DNA from: Giardia intestinalis
Taxonomy: Eukaryota
Assembly: GCA_000002435.2 (NCBI GenBank)
Contig: CM018789.1
Length of the DNA stretch: 64,000 bases
Strand: one strand, 5' to 3'
Shown: one piece after another, positions 24,601 through 29,459 of the stretch
How the letters are laid out: each line of letters opens with the position of its first letter
Position numbering within the stretch: position 1 is the first letter of the stretch
Position numbers and translations under genes: made by a program
Notes under the pieces: generated by a model
Told to the model about the DNA's origin: nothing
The model's input: the letters and a program-made list of their open reading frames with translations, nothing else
The model's database searches: none

Positions 24601-26577
24601 AACACAACACCGGTTATAGTGCTCCTCAGTCCAGGCTCCGATCCGTCAAATACAATCATGGGTCTTGCGGATGCAAAGTCCATTAGGGTGCACAGCGTGT
24701 CGCTGGGCCGGGGCCAGGGGATTATTGCAGAGAAGGCAATTGCGGAGGCCAGCATCAACGGAGAGTGGGTCCTTTTAGGAAACACACACCTCGCCGGTTC
24801 GTGGCTCCAGAGGCTGGAATCCATCTGTGACGCCATCAGCGACAGGAGCTACAACCCTCGTGGAGCTGAGCAGAGTCGTTCAGACCCGACCGTTAAGTCC
24901 GATAAGAAGCAGAAAACACCAGCCTTTGAAATTCATAAGGACTTCAGGCTTTACCTCACAACCATACCGTTCCCGCAATTCCCCTCTTCTATCACACGCA
25001 ACAGTACGAAGGTCTCAACAGAGCCTCCTCTTGGGCTCAAGAACAGCGTCCTGCGGCTCTTTAACAGCTACGAAGAGGCTGAGCTTTCGGTAGCCACCAC
25101 AATCTTCAAGAAGGCAGAGCAGGATGGTTTTGCTGGAAACTTCGATGCGCTCCGGGCAACGGACCCCCTGAAGATCGCATATGTGGCCGACAGAAAGTAC
25201 AAGATGCTCCTCTGGAACCTCTCCCTGTTCTTTTCGGTTGTTTTGGAGCGCCGGCGATTCGGCACCATCGGTTTCAACTCGCCTTATGACTGGTCCGACC
25301 CAGACCTGCACATATCCAAGACGCAGCTGCTTACTAAGTTCCAGGAGATTGCAATCTGCGATCCAGCCAGCTTCCATACAAAGGTTAACGCCGCTATGGC
25401 AGCCCTCAGGTTCCTGACCGCAGAGATCAACGTCGGTGGCCGCGTATCGGATGGAAAGGATAGGCTCTGTGTCAATTCATTGATGTCTGCCTTTTATGCC
25501 GACGATTTGAAGTCTCTAGGAAAGACTGTTAACGACACATACGGATTCCCCTCCCATCTGTCGATCACCCGCGAGAACATTATCGAGCACGTCACAGAAA
25601 AGTGGCCAGATAACGACCTGCCCGAAATATACGGGCTAGACAGCAACGCTACCATCTTTCTGGCGCAAAACTCCGGAAAGGAGCTTTCTGACATTATGCT
25701 GAAGATGCACAGCCACTCAGAAGGCGGATCTGCCACGCGCTCGCCCAGCTGCTCCACTGGAGGCGAGCTGGCACAGATCAACGCCATTCTTAACGGTCTG
25801 CCGGCCCTGTTTGACGAGGAGGCGGTGAACGAGAAGTACCCCACCAACTACTACCAGTCCATGAACACAGTCCTTGTGCAGGAGTGCGCTCGCTATAACA
25901 AGCTGCTGCGGATAATGAGGAGCACCCTGGTCAACGCAGAGCGGGTGATCAAGGGGCTCATTATCATGACGAAGGAGACAGAGGGAGTCCTGGACGCGAT
26001 GCAGCTGAACCAGGTGCCGAGCGTCTGGGAGGCGACCGCGTGGCCATCAGTCATACCCTTGTCGCGGTGGATTGTGGATCTGCAGGAGCGCGTGAGCTTT
26101 ATCAGAAGCTGGACCGTAGAAGGGGTTCCCAAGGTTGTCTGGTTCTCCGGCTTCAGCTATCCGCAGGCATTTCTGACGGGCATTCTACAAAACTACGCCA
26201 GGCGTGCTAAGATAGCAATCGACGAGCTGGTCTTCGACTTCCAGGTAACCAGCGAGCCCGTGGAACTGGAGCATGCCATGACAATATCCGGGCTCTTTCT
26301 CCAGTGCGCCTCCTGGTCGGAAGCGGGTCTCGCCGATGCTCGGCCAAATGTCCTCTTCGAGGAGATGCCGAACATCGTGCTAATCCCAACCAGAAATACA
26401 GACCTTGAAGTCAGCAATCGTTACCCATGCCCAGTCTACCGTACAAGCCTCCGCCGGGGAGTTCTGACGACCACCGGGCACAGTAGCAACTACATATTGG
26501 ACGTTCTTCTGCCAAGCAACGAGCATGTGAACAAGTGGATACGCCTTGGTGTGGCGCTGTTCCAGCAGAAGGATTAG
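9682..26577 (+). CDS. Dynein heavy chain (axonemal-type), 5631 aa, single uninterrupted exon
   Basis: Four Walker-A P-loops in canonical dynein order: AAA1 GPAGTGKTE, AAA2 GRTMSGKST, AAA3 GPGGSGKST, AAA4 GMPSSGKRS. A coiled-coil stalk region sits between AAA4 and AAA5 (EEAVGALKEEQTAKQ...LQRLSSEFELCTNRLTRAEGLISGL), followed by C-terminal AAA5/6 and the C-terminal domain. ATG at 9682 after aatttaaaat. Confidence 0.95.
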   Translation: MDLPETARSAIDRDATQGARQLAEHTEKITRSARADNKLAFSKHYVPQSKRPIVKPRQASGTTLKVPMLLSGLSASHQEHDVSQKSSRLITTDRLHPTSELAKIYQDGTVGGTDAKWRDVELKGYEPGPPVRYMSAAQRTSATLRLGSSGRPPSGSKRNDIRAVGQLTYEETEAGITMDPAKSFLSGFDDSQMVDEILTERNLAGTPGSATPRSNRSGSRPSSGAPTMSEKIGRLMRPRTAVLDLDLPRMEHFRPDARVDAVVQALSDFSKDYPVYQTEESYNIILKSISRDLYSYKLLARGIIPPDIREEGSTEKELIQSIQSFRSMLLKDENDGFLPLEFFDAEEIYDNHSPTEWLTMHQRTFKLPDEQRLKGTPARSRYVTTVGGQTVFLLEPVVVQNYDEETRCFGVQWLPKGSVMLPREEDDLLCRHIFCLRTIDANNIHRLDYTKDSVTFTDCHTVTVGVTKNVKRLNLLFDDEDERIWWQRRWAAHMLRRKIEAVSKLGLFLKIYMERALKFKTMRTELSCYAPTHIPPDFEATPLLEILSDVSGPTSEIIDNIFHKYCLSNPLFVSFFLSHLSKADYSKALTRAEQLVPDVTANIIESNMLASIDYLRRSARFDSSIQTIGLCAPFFITEGDKFKLLTQKRFIATLSGEFLPSQPVTSILRYLKRRCRQERRLFSVCAGYNKAYRLLQEECLSLQCMEGLLLFNVAGVAPFIAQDQICVIKSGIGGGIQADKESYRIKLIVEDDETKPKPKQSGKQKVSSGKRKLAVATDQDEIASDVENADKNAEEKSDDSTDDMTNIPFYAAPLSVAKNTLDLGVVSPGCPFLLDRFVLMSRCHRARMISYLRDTLHVDLSASILLALNEVGIDVYIPNRLLKEYIDYESQIHGYELYMELYGDRYLFDNAMEPVQMLMLTGTDRNDLQGSAAMLRSATANASLLDVKTPDEDKAVTDLLHVNEIDELRRSIIGFDSKSLAITITDRLNKLRTTNTLVDDPAMSVGATTKDKTTKLNQRMTEDSDTSNFSMFSDMRPSNTVNNESMSLRKACQKHRPQPRSGTPTEYDNSVALSSNLENDILDGSTLEQRASVLVTDTHNNSAKYLLNGNLSARGRVRDSADLLAFSRLVNMMRYDSIMEVSKNSIFRYMDMLHLFKGSNRISYNSVKEHITSMFSNFSKKRFSVQEAKDIIDKAAQPIFEYVPSTMVTSSLIQLFIDFDAVVRDIAPLDKMTTGTIQTFTSFSLTDSKLDSLSPSKTYPASAISQGLDIPLIDADFDNMPTRPVVTIDEFMQNLDMAPQASMTSTSMITEQQEHVYSRHTQFNAYSNYVENLKVHFKRAQYPTLVGLEFSIFPSISAIESAVYDNYAQIIQTTCEIPLIETSMPCFEGDPYYAKTGTLLGPDPVHSPWLKEKHEELLQYLHESSVGPQCVLEVLRAIYRQLFLVDHTDYIDRESFQSFLQQNSTFSEIDYFVKLMPPLDEFHNVALVEEDVNNEEDLFLVGFDGWDYDFVDSEQQKRNLKEAENKERAQAAKEKHHDHESSEADDADDENDDQHDDALKAPTTTEHGGTGDAREQAVTVKINNTCLSLRDLRSFLLKYTALKELLRKFPPKINCGLYQVDCTKILDIFVKRCQMLRAQVARVIHFRAIGYSNRLIQEWDELRDKMTTDTTTSTAIYAEIRAYVNNIEATVAAMQKRHQILDRYMGVLDEFSISTSDFYKCLNHYEETLVKFALEKSQGQYSKLVDKYKTRVAYLYNTPDKYGDKDLATLYWTVRAKPVGVINSKEGAERRLQEAFAILAKVKDAERADLAELMAKYKAMTVSFAQRANLNEAPQFADELVSIQNYREKIDQKVEVFLLEESQLGFQPSEFKNYELTNEDFQIFKDLWTIVSSFTHNYPMWFSGTFIDLDPRQISTSINEWAGNLLRLQKTLAKIGRTAGTYTKIKDKDRAACCQDSISITVEIIAKLDEFRGIMPLIESLRNPGLKPHHWKEVSALSKSGVAIQPTASLTLVQLIADGFLEPKTLERVVYISTSATKEFAIEKSLDKMTQDWKSVNLDMKYYGKHEVIEASNSKGDEQKVRVYKYYIVKTFDEILLLLDEQFSTLQGMRASAHAAKFEARLLGMEKKLVYLQDIVEEWTRFQRLWMYLEPIFTSDDIKRQLPEESVMFADTCVFWADQSSDAYRSPAAMALAGRDYAVEKFRHNFKQLEIVNKHLSSYLENKRRSFARFFFLSDEELLQILAQTRDPEAVQPHISKCFEGIKSLGFRLDAEGKKEIFSMISAEGEEITFDGAIVPQGDADVWLGEIEKMMKTVLKLLIKQAFNDYKQNVSDFESLEELNKMQIALQNTLPPAIDEPRGRKKKAKADAAEAAAEEAKLEEPLVQTYSDIIMAPREQWITRWPAQVIIVLGQVIWTHETTVAIKKQEDLYKRSLEEYMLKLNYDIDKIVRWVGFIPGSTEEKVPISKNIRALLVILLTLHVHNRDVVAKIQKAFFNKNASIDYSFIWEAELKFKYKLLENERAPADDYALYTKQVNAEIPYAYEYMGIGTRLTITPLTERCYLTLTSAIVSFYGGAPQGPAGTGKTESTKDLAKAIGIQCVVFNCSEGLNTASMGRMFKGLAMSGAWSCFDEFNRIDVEVLSVIAQQILTIQRAISMRQRRFIFEGADISLNSNCAVFITMNPGYAGRAELPDNLKALFRPISMTVPDYSLIAEVMLFACGYRDASKLAVKLCMSLKLSSEQLSKQDHYDFGMRALKSILSAASLLKRLYYLEREDKLCLRALNSVNVPKFLQQDVVLFENIVSDLFPECFADKVRDSGKKKSRLTSAKPESPQTKAKDETLENEALLSNLIEQAGLPEVIDLHEDELDGQEFDIGYVSKDIDAEDLLRLFIGAVLREKHLHDSVDFIEKTMQLYTTLSVRHGLMNVGRTMSGKSTITDVLSVALGNVRKFFTKYPEFASRFSHEAYPLFYPVQVYKLNAKSITMSELYGSFSDVSNEWSDGIVSSIMRECIKEEAEYRLKWILFDSPVDALWIETMNTVLDDNKKLCLTSGEIITMTANMTIFFEVMDLSQASPATVSRTGMIYCDRTLIPLFNLFVALMHRYLPQWFLALEINTAATWPYFKVVENPNYQPAEGTQPIPPEELLMFRAMSDIQLAGSSNPSARAILEGYPNPIMTCKERLENLFRWLFIPLATTLIKIRKPTIYATTHTMVLTLIKIMASLLSHYTAPASDVVLNEEEIDEYKKRLPPLKDPGVLIDALFVFSLTWSVGSFGDLETRALFGKLFRHLAYDVPAVALANAVSAGATLPPPKDPDLEQKIMYGTKQPTISGFKLGKQEHEAISARASSVEQFYPSLMPDFMQYDIYIWPMSTPIPYTDDEREADRPGYVCLPHDVFIISKTAKQSLVPGESKDAGDTSITPVVLAQSLELQWVPWCNSVHFIPTPEITCTTNYIDTVVPHNDFTSLTAILNILSSSGFPTLLAGPGGSGKSTIVKKLVDLRSNDILLKCCLTANTTSGQLRSIVDSKLEKRRRGVYSFTRGKKAVFFVDDAHMPEKEKYGARPPLEVIRQLLEDYGWYDIEGGFFKKIINMTSIIGCTTNGENIDDILPERLVHHCCTISVPESADESFKTIFTTLIKPLFSVISNPASGYMEPIISASIQLYRNICKEFRPTPVHPHYIFSPRDLSKVFQGIMLAVKNAAVTSQNFNAYYSQEIPIVSLWVHECTRVFADRLVDTDDESKFFTLLSTAWRTCPVTGSHPPEIKTIIPAAMQSGTGIEVYFGGCHAQADEIPYMQLNIEAPEEREKIEAYYYDSLESFNRSVGAVGKMKLVLFKYALVHLIRIARVLSMDRGHALLIGMPSSGKRSLTRLAAASLANYYNSMEQITGPSYVYTRPSSIKILEPSGKSDFIDCIKDAIRFAGVDANPTLLIVQEALADNYGLECINFLVNLGEIPNLWAADEINNICEVMIADLQKNKKEGEGGEDISKARVFEVIADRVVRNMHIVIVTTPESPSLDRLVTSFPSLIGSLSVNWFHPWETDTLRNISNFYLSEHAQSKAITELLVTMHRDVETLIHRSYPSLSASPATFLGILNTFQSLLTQLTGKLDSGNVRYSNGIARLAETEEAVGALKEEQTAKQPILAAAQKEVNTMARNIDARKIDVGKVKEVVSAEEAVVSKASAEADALAEDCAEELRKAEPLVYRATKALNALKPSDVNEVRSLATPPKLVRFVMDAICIVKGIKISSAPDADNWPIAQKMLRANGFLQSLKSYDAEKMPDAIAATLQKTYLSSSDFDPVAVQKSSIAAAGLCEWVHAIIAYYNVMKDVNPKRQKLALANAEAKKLQDELAVKQKQLKDAEDELSGLEAEAAKAQKELQRLSSEFELCTNRLTRAEGLISGLSGEKVRWSAEIDKLEKQKTNILPTAVSATSFCACLGGIDFADRDSLYKKWSAEISATFPGVEDSIKNFKLHETLAEQAFISRWVSNGLPRDSFSLTSACIAMSSKKVPLLIDPQNQARKWAATCLGQDMRQQPSVTSQVIRIADPNLHKVIEQCLRTGTMLIIEGISNNSFIRNDARIKAAIVAHNLIMSLTLQSEELRAVEVRFGDSTIEVPPTFGLILVSMCDIHIPPDSFGDFTVVTFKATKEALEDLLLSVAVECEKPELENQRKHLQAAAAEDATTLLTLETQLLNLLSESQNSEEGQTLLDNAVLVNALNETQQRALDISRRMIKAAKTSADIDAARVGYRSLANDASALYFAFQRLVQLDSMYENSLQNFIALFRSVVTAGKSIESADRLHIISRNFAEKLYTYVSRGLFVRHKLAFAFDICLSLQRTSGEISNEQFNLLLGALGGTIPAKEAPSSKLLSSVTDDEWTLFSAACSSRAFDALALDADSIERYSKLLGSSPSSTSTTVVDRTSDLRQTDPLAYVIFCACLDRKNLLEAVKAYIRAALGPEFVNTEAANIVDICAEATNTTPVIVLLSPGSDPSNTIMGLADAKSIRVHSVSLGRGQGIIAEKAIAEASINGEWVLLGNTHLAGSWLQRLESICDAISDRSYNPRGAEQSRSDPTVKSDKKQKTPAFEIHKDFRLYLTTIPFPQFPSSITRNSTKVSTEPPLGLKNSVLRLFNSYEEAELSVATTIFKKAEQDGFAGNFDALRATDPLKIAYVADRKYKMLLWNLSLFFSVVLERRRFGTIGFNSPYDWSDPDLHISKTQLLTKFQEIAICDPASFHTKVNAAMAALRFLTAEINVGGRVSDGKDRLCVNSLMSAFYADDLKSLGKTVNDTYGFPSHLSITRENIIEHVTEKWPDNDLPEIYGLDSNATIFLAQNSGKELSDIMLKMHSHSEGGSATRSPSCSTGGELAQINAILNGLPALFDEEAVNEKYPTNYYQSMNTVLVQECARYNKLLRIMRSTLVNAERVIKGLIIMTKETEGVLDAMQLNQVPSVWEATAWPSVIPLSRWIVDLQERVSFIRSWTVEGVPKVVWFSGFSYPQAFLTGILQNYARRAKIAIDELVFDFQVTSEPVELEHAMTISGLFLQCASWSEAGLADARPNVLFEEMPNIVLIPTRNTDLEVSNRYPCPVYRTSLRRGVLTTTGHSSNYILDVLLPSNEHVNKWIRLGVALFQQKD

Positions 26578-26582
26578 GGAGC

Positions 26583-26589
26583 AGTAAAT
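26583..26589 (+). promoter_or_regulatory. Putative Giardia-type polyadenylation signal AGTAAAT, 5 nt after the dynein stop
   Basis: Stop TAG at 26575-26577, then gggagcAGTAAATgc. This matches the diplomonad AGTRAAY poly(A) motif. The convergent Las1 stop is only 18 bp away. Confidence 0.5.
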
Positions 26590-26595
26590 GCAGTC

Positions 26596-28218
26596 CTATT
26601 TCTTAAGGGGAGGCTCGGTGAGCTTCGCCTCCAACGGCGCGTCTCCATCCCTGTGGAGGACGGGGGCATCTGCATCCAGACCCCCATAGTAGTAGCGACG
26701 GAGGCGGGAGTCGTCTGTCCACATCGACCCCAGCAGACTTGTGACGCCTATGGGAATGAGCTCGTTTGCCGGGGAGCGGTGGATGATGACGCTTGCGTCG
26801 CTGGATTGGACCCCCAGCAGTATCTGCAGCCCCGTCAGCTTCAGATGATACTTGTGCAGAACGTCCACCAGAAACTGCACTAAGCAGCCGGACGGCGTGT
26901 CGCTGATAGACACCTGCGCTGTGCCCGGGACGGCCGACGTAGAGGCCACGGGCTCCGTTAGCGAAATCACGTCATCCAGGGTGAACTCTGCGCTAGTGTC
27001 CAGTCGAGTAAACTGCGTGCCCTCCTTTTTGTATGCCTGCTCCAAGGAAAGAAGGAACGGAGGGGCTGCGTTTGCCAGGACAGCCAGCAGGGCCTTCTGG
27101 ATTGCTTTCAGATGCAGCTGCTCCACGCTCTTGTCTGGCTCCGCCCTGATGTGATCCAGAATGGCGTACAGCCACCTGATGCAAAGGTCGAACTGCTGCG
27201 GATTTGTGAGCTTGCCCGACTGGTGCATCACCATGTTGACGATGCAGTAGTGTGATAGCACCGCATCAGAAAACAGTCGTGCGAAGAGCGGGGAGACGAT
27301 GCTGCTCCGAAAGCTCTCGGCAAGGCCTCCCTCTATGGCCCCGACCAGAAACCGTCTGAACTCCGTGCGGTCCCCTGACTCCCCGAAAACGTCGGCCGGA
27401 CTGAGCCTGTTCCTGTATATGACGCGGACCACGGCACCAGGAAGGCCCGTCAGGCAATTTGCAGCGATGAGCCTGTCCACAAACTCAGAAGGATGGAGCT
27501 GGTTCGGAGACACGAAAAACCCTTGCAGCTCTTGGACGCACCTGCTCACGGCGTTCTCGTGCGTCTCGTTTAGAAGCGGCTCCCAGTAGTTGTGGCGCAG
27601 CCAGTGAAGCAGGAGCGCCGCGCTCTGCCGCAGCGCCGGAAGAGGCGGGAGCTGCTGGTGCGTCGCCTCGTGGCGGACATCGATGAGTGCGTAAGGAAGG
27701 CTGATGCGCCCCGCGAGGGTCTTCATGGAGGTCATATAGTTGCCGACCTGCTGGCGGTCTGTGAGCCCGTTGACGGTCCGGATTAGCGCCACAGAATAGC
27801 TAGACTGCAGGGCGTGCTCGTCGGCGGCCTCGTTGTCGGAAAGCCGGGCCGCAACCAGGGCTGCCGTTCCGTCCAATCCCACCTCCACAGCGCCCCTCAG
27901 ACGAATGACGTTCACCATTGCCAGTCCTTCTTCCTGCTTCCTGACATCGTCGGAGTAAAGCAAGTCGAAGAGCGCCGCCTGGTCGCTGAGACAGAGAGTG
28001 CTTATTGATTTCATAAGTTTTTGGCGTGCAGGGTCTAGTTCAACCAGCAGGGGCTCTGCAAGTGGCGCATATCCACGCATGCACGTGCTGGGCTGGCAGG
28101 TGGTTGTACGAGCTATGGCTTGCAAAATGGCATAGATGCCCACTTGAGTGGCAGAAGCCTTACTCGTGTATTCAGCCGCAATGGTGAAAAAGTCATGCGT
28201 CCCACTGCATTCGTGCAT
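26596..28218 (-). CDS. LAS1: Las1-like HEPN endoribonuclease (pre-rRNA ITS2 processing)
   Basis: LIDVRHEATHQQLPPLPALRQSAALLLHWLRHNYW aligns to the Las1 HEPN catalytic block (human LAS1L ...[34 protein letters not shown]). The upstream RLRGAVEVGLDGTAALVAARL also matches. The track start at 28257 is TTG. The first in-frame ATG is at 28218 (MHECSG). Confidence 0.7.
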   Translation of the reverse strand: MHECSGTHDFFTIAAEYTSKASATQVGIYAILQAIARTTTCQPSTCMRGYAPLAEPLLVELDPARQKLMKSISTLCLSDQAALFDLLYSDDVRKQEEGLAMVNVIRLRGAVEVGLDGTAALVAARLSDNEAADEHALQSSYSVALIRTVNGLTDRQQVGNYMTSMKTLAGRISLPYALIDVRHEATHQQLPPLPALRQSAALLLHWLRHNYWEPLLNETHENAVSRCVQELQGFFVSPNQLHPSEFVDRLIAANCLTGLPGAVVRVIYRNRLSPADVFGESGDRTEFRRFLVGAIEGGLAESFRSSIVSPLFARLFSDAVLSHYCIVNMVMHQSGKLTNPQQFDLCIRWLYAILDHIRAEPDKSVEQLHLKAIQKALLAVLANAAPPFLLSLEQAYKKEGTQFTRLDTSAEFTLDDVISLTEPVASTSAVPGTAQVSISDTPSGCLVQFLVDVLHKYHLKLTGLQILLGVQSSDASVIIHRSPANELIPIGVTSLLGSMWTDDSRLRRYYYGGLDADAPVLHRDGDAPLEAKLTEPPLKK

Positions 28219-28538
28219 CTTCTGTCCGCGCTTCCATGGCTGAGTTGCAACGGACAAGGTGCAGACAGTTCGGGCTTCTGGGGGTCACCCACAAGGCACT
28301 ACGTCTGAGATATGCATATCCAGAAGATACCGTGGACCAGCGTTTTGCATCTCGTTGTCCGCGCCACGACCCAAGCATATTTAGGACTTCTTTCTACCTC
28401 ATCATTGTCAGTTCTATTGCCGAAAGATTTACTCGCATGGAGGATTAATAATTAGAAATGAAAATTCAACACAGACCAATATTATAGAATCAATCTGCCA
28501 GCAAACAGCACAAAGGTAGCTACAGAACTATCGCTAGA

Positions 28539-29411
28539 TTATTTTATACTGGTATCAATCAGATCCATACCTTGACTATGAATAGGGGAGAGGGCCCGTA
28601 CCGCATGCCATTGGTCCTGCTTCACAATGCAAAGGCCTGTTATGCGCGGGGTGCAAGGGCGCCCACTACTTTCAAATGATACTTCATCAGATTCTTCGTA
28701 AATAGTGGACAGAAAAACAGCACTATCCACAAGGTAATCATCAATAGAGCCACTGAGATCCTCTGATGTTAGATAAGAAGAAAAATAATCAAAGTGTAGG
28801 AGCTCTGGAGTTAGCAAAGTAGTTTTAGCAGCTCCATTCTTAAACGATTGTGGGGCAGTCATATATGTAGGTGGAGATCCTATAGACACGTCAACTGGTG
28901 ACATGAGTTCTCCAAGACTCAAAGAAAGCGAAGATTGGGAACAAGTAAAATCCGGTTGCATACAAACTGAATTCGTTTTGACCAAAGCTTGCTTTTGATT
29001 GCCAATGGCTGTCGATTCGGGTGAGAATATAGCTAATTCTGATACGGGTACGTTGCGGCAAAGTTGTTGGGGATAAACTGGTGAGAGTGGAATGGCTTGT
29101 TTCTGAAGATTGGCTAAGACCCCAGTAAATATTCCATGTACACTAGGAGATCGTTTCAAGGAAGGTGGACTTCTGATCAGCTTATCTAAGCCAGGGACTT
29201 TGGGGCTGGCTTTATTTGCTATTCGCCTAATGTCACGTGAATGAAGCTCGTTTTGTAGCCTTTTAGCTCTATGCTTAATACGCTCTTCTAAACACTTGCG
29301 AGTTGCTTGTTCGAGTGCAGGGTTCTCCGGCTTCCGGATCCGTTGGCCAGAGATGCACGCTGCAAGACTGTATGTTTCAGGTCTTGTGATATTCTTGCGT
29401 ATAATTGTCAA
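28539..29411 (-). CDS. Uncharacterised 290-codon open frame lacking an in-frame ATG for its first about 170 codons; candidate pseudogene or 3' exon of a spliced or trans-spliced gene
   Basis: The long open frame is improbable by chance at this GC, but the track start is TTG and the first in-frame ATG is near codon 171 (MSPVDV...). I see no ATG in any frame in the first about 330 nt. It lies 51 nt downstream of the PTEN stop and in the same frame, separated by four stops. Confidence 0.3.
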   Translation of the reverse strand: MTIIRKNITRPETYSLAACISGQRIRKPENPALEQATRKCLEERIKHRAKRLQNELHSRDIRRIANKASPKVPGLDKLIRSPPSLKRSPSVHGIFTGVLANLQKQAIPLSPVYPQQLCRNVPVSELAIFSPESTAIGNQKQALVKTNSVCMQPDFTCSQSSLSLSLGELMSPVDVSIGSPPTYMTAPQSFKNGAAKTTLLTPELLHFDYFSSYLTSEDLSGSIDDYLVDSAVFLSTIYEESDEVSFESSGRPCTPRITGLCIVKQDQWHAVRALSPIHSQGMDLIDTSIK

Positions 29412-29459
29412 CTAGAGGATCAGCCAGAGCGTCTAAATAATTTATTGGCCTGGCACTTG

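Noticed and set aside
24105-24836. 243-aa ORF antisense to the dynein gene
   Set aside because: It is nested antisense in a long coding region, starts on a non-ATG in the track, and has no recognisable domain. Long genes at about 50% GC routinely generate such shadow ORFs.
29412-29459. Translational read-through or frameshift joining PTEN to the downstream ATG-less ORF
   Set aside because: Although the two are in the same frame, the 51-nt junction contains four in-frame stops (TAA, TAA, TAG, TAG). Simple read-through is not plausible. It is kept as a pseudogene or splicing hypothesis instead.
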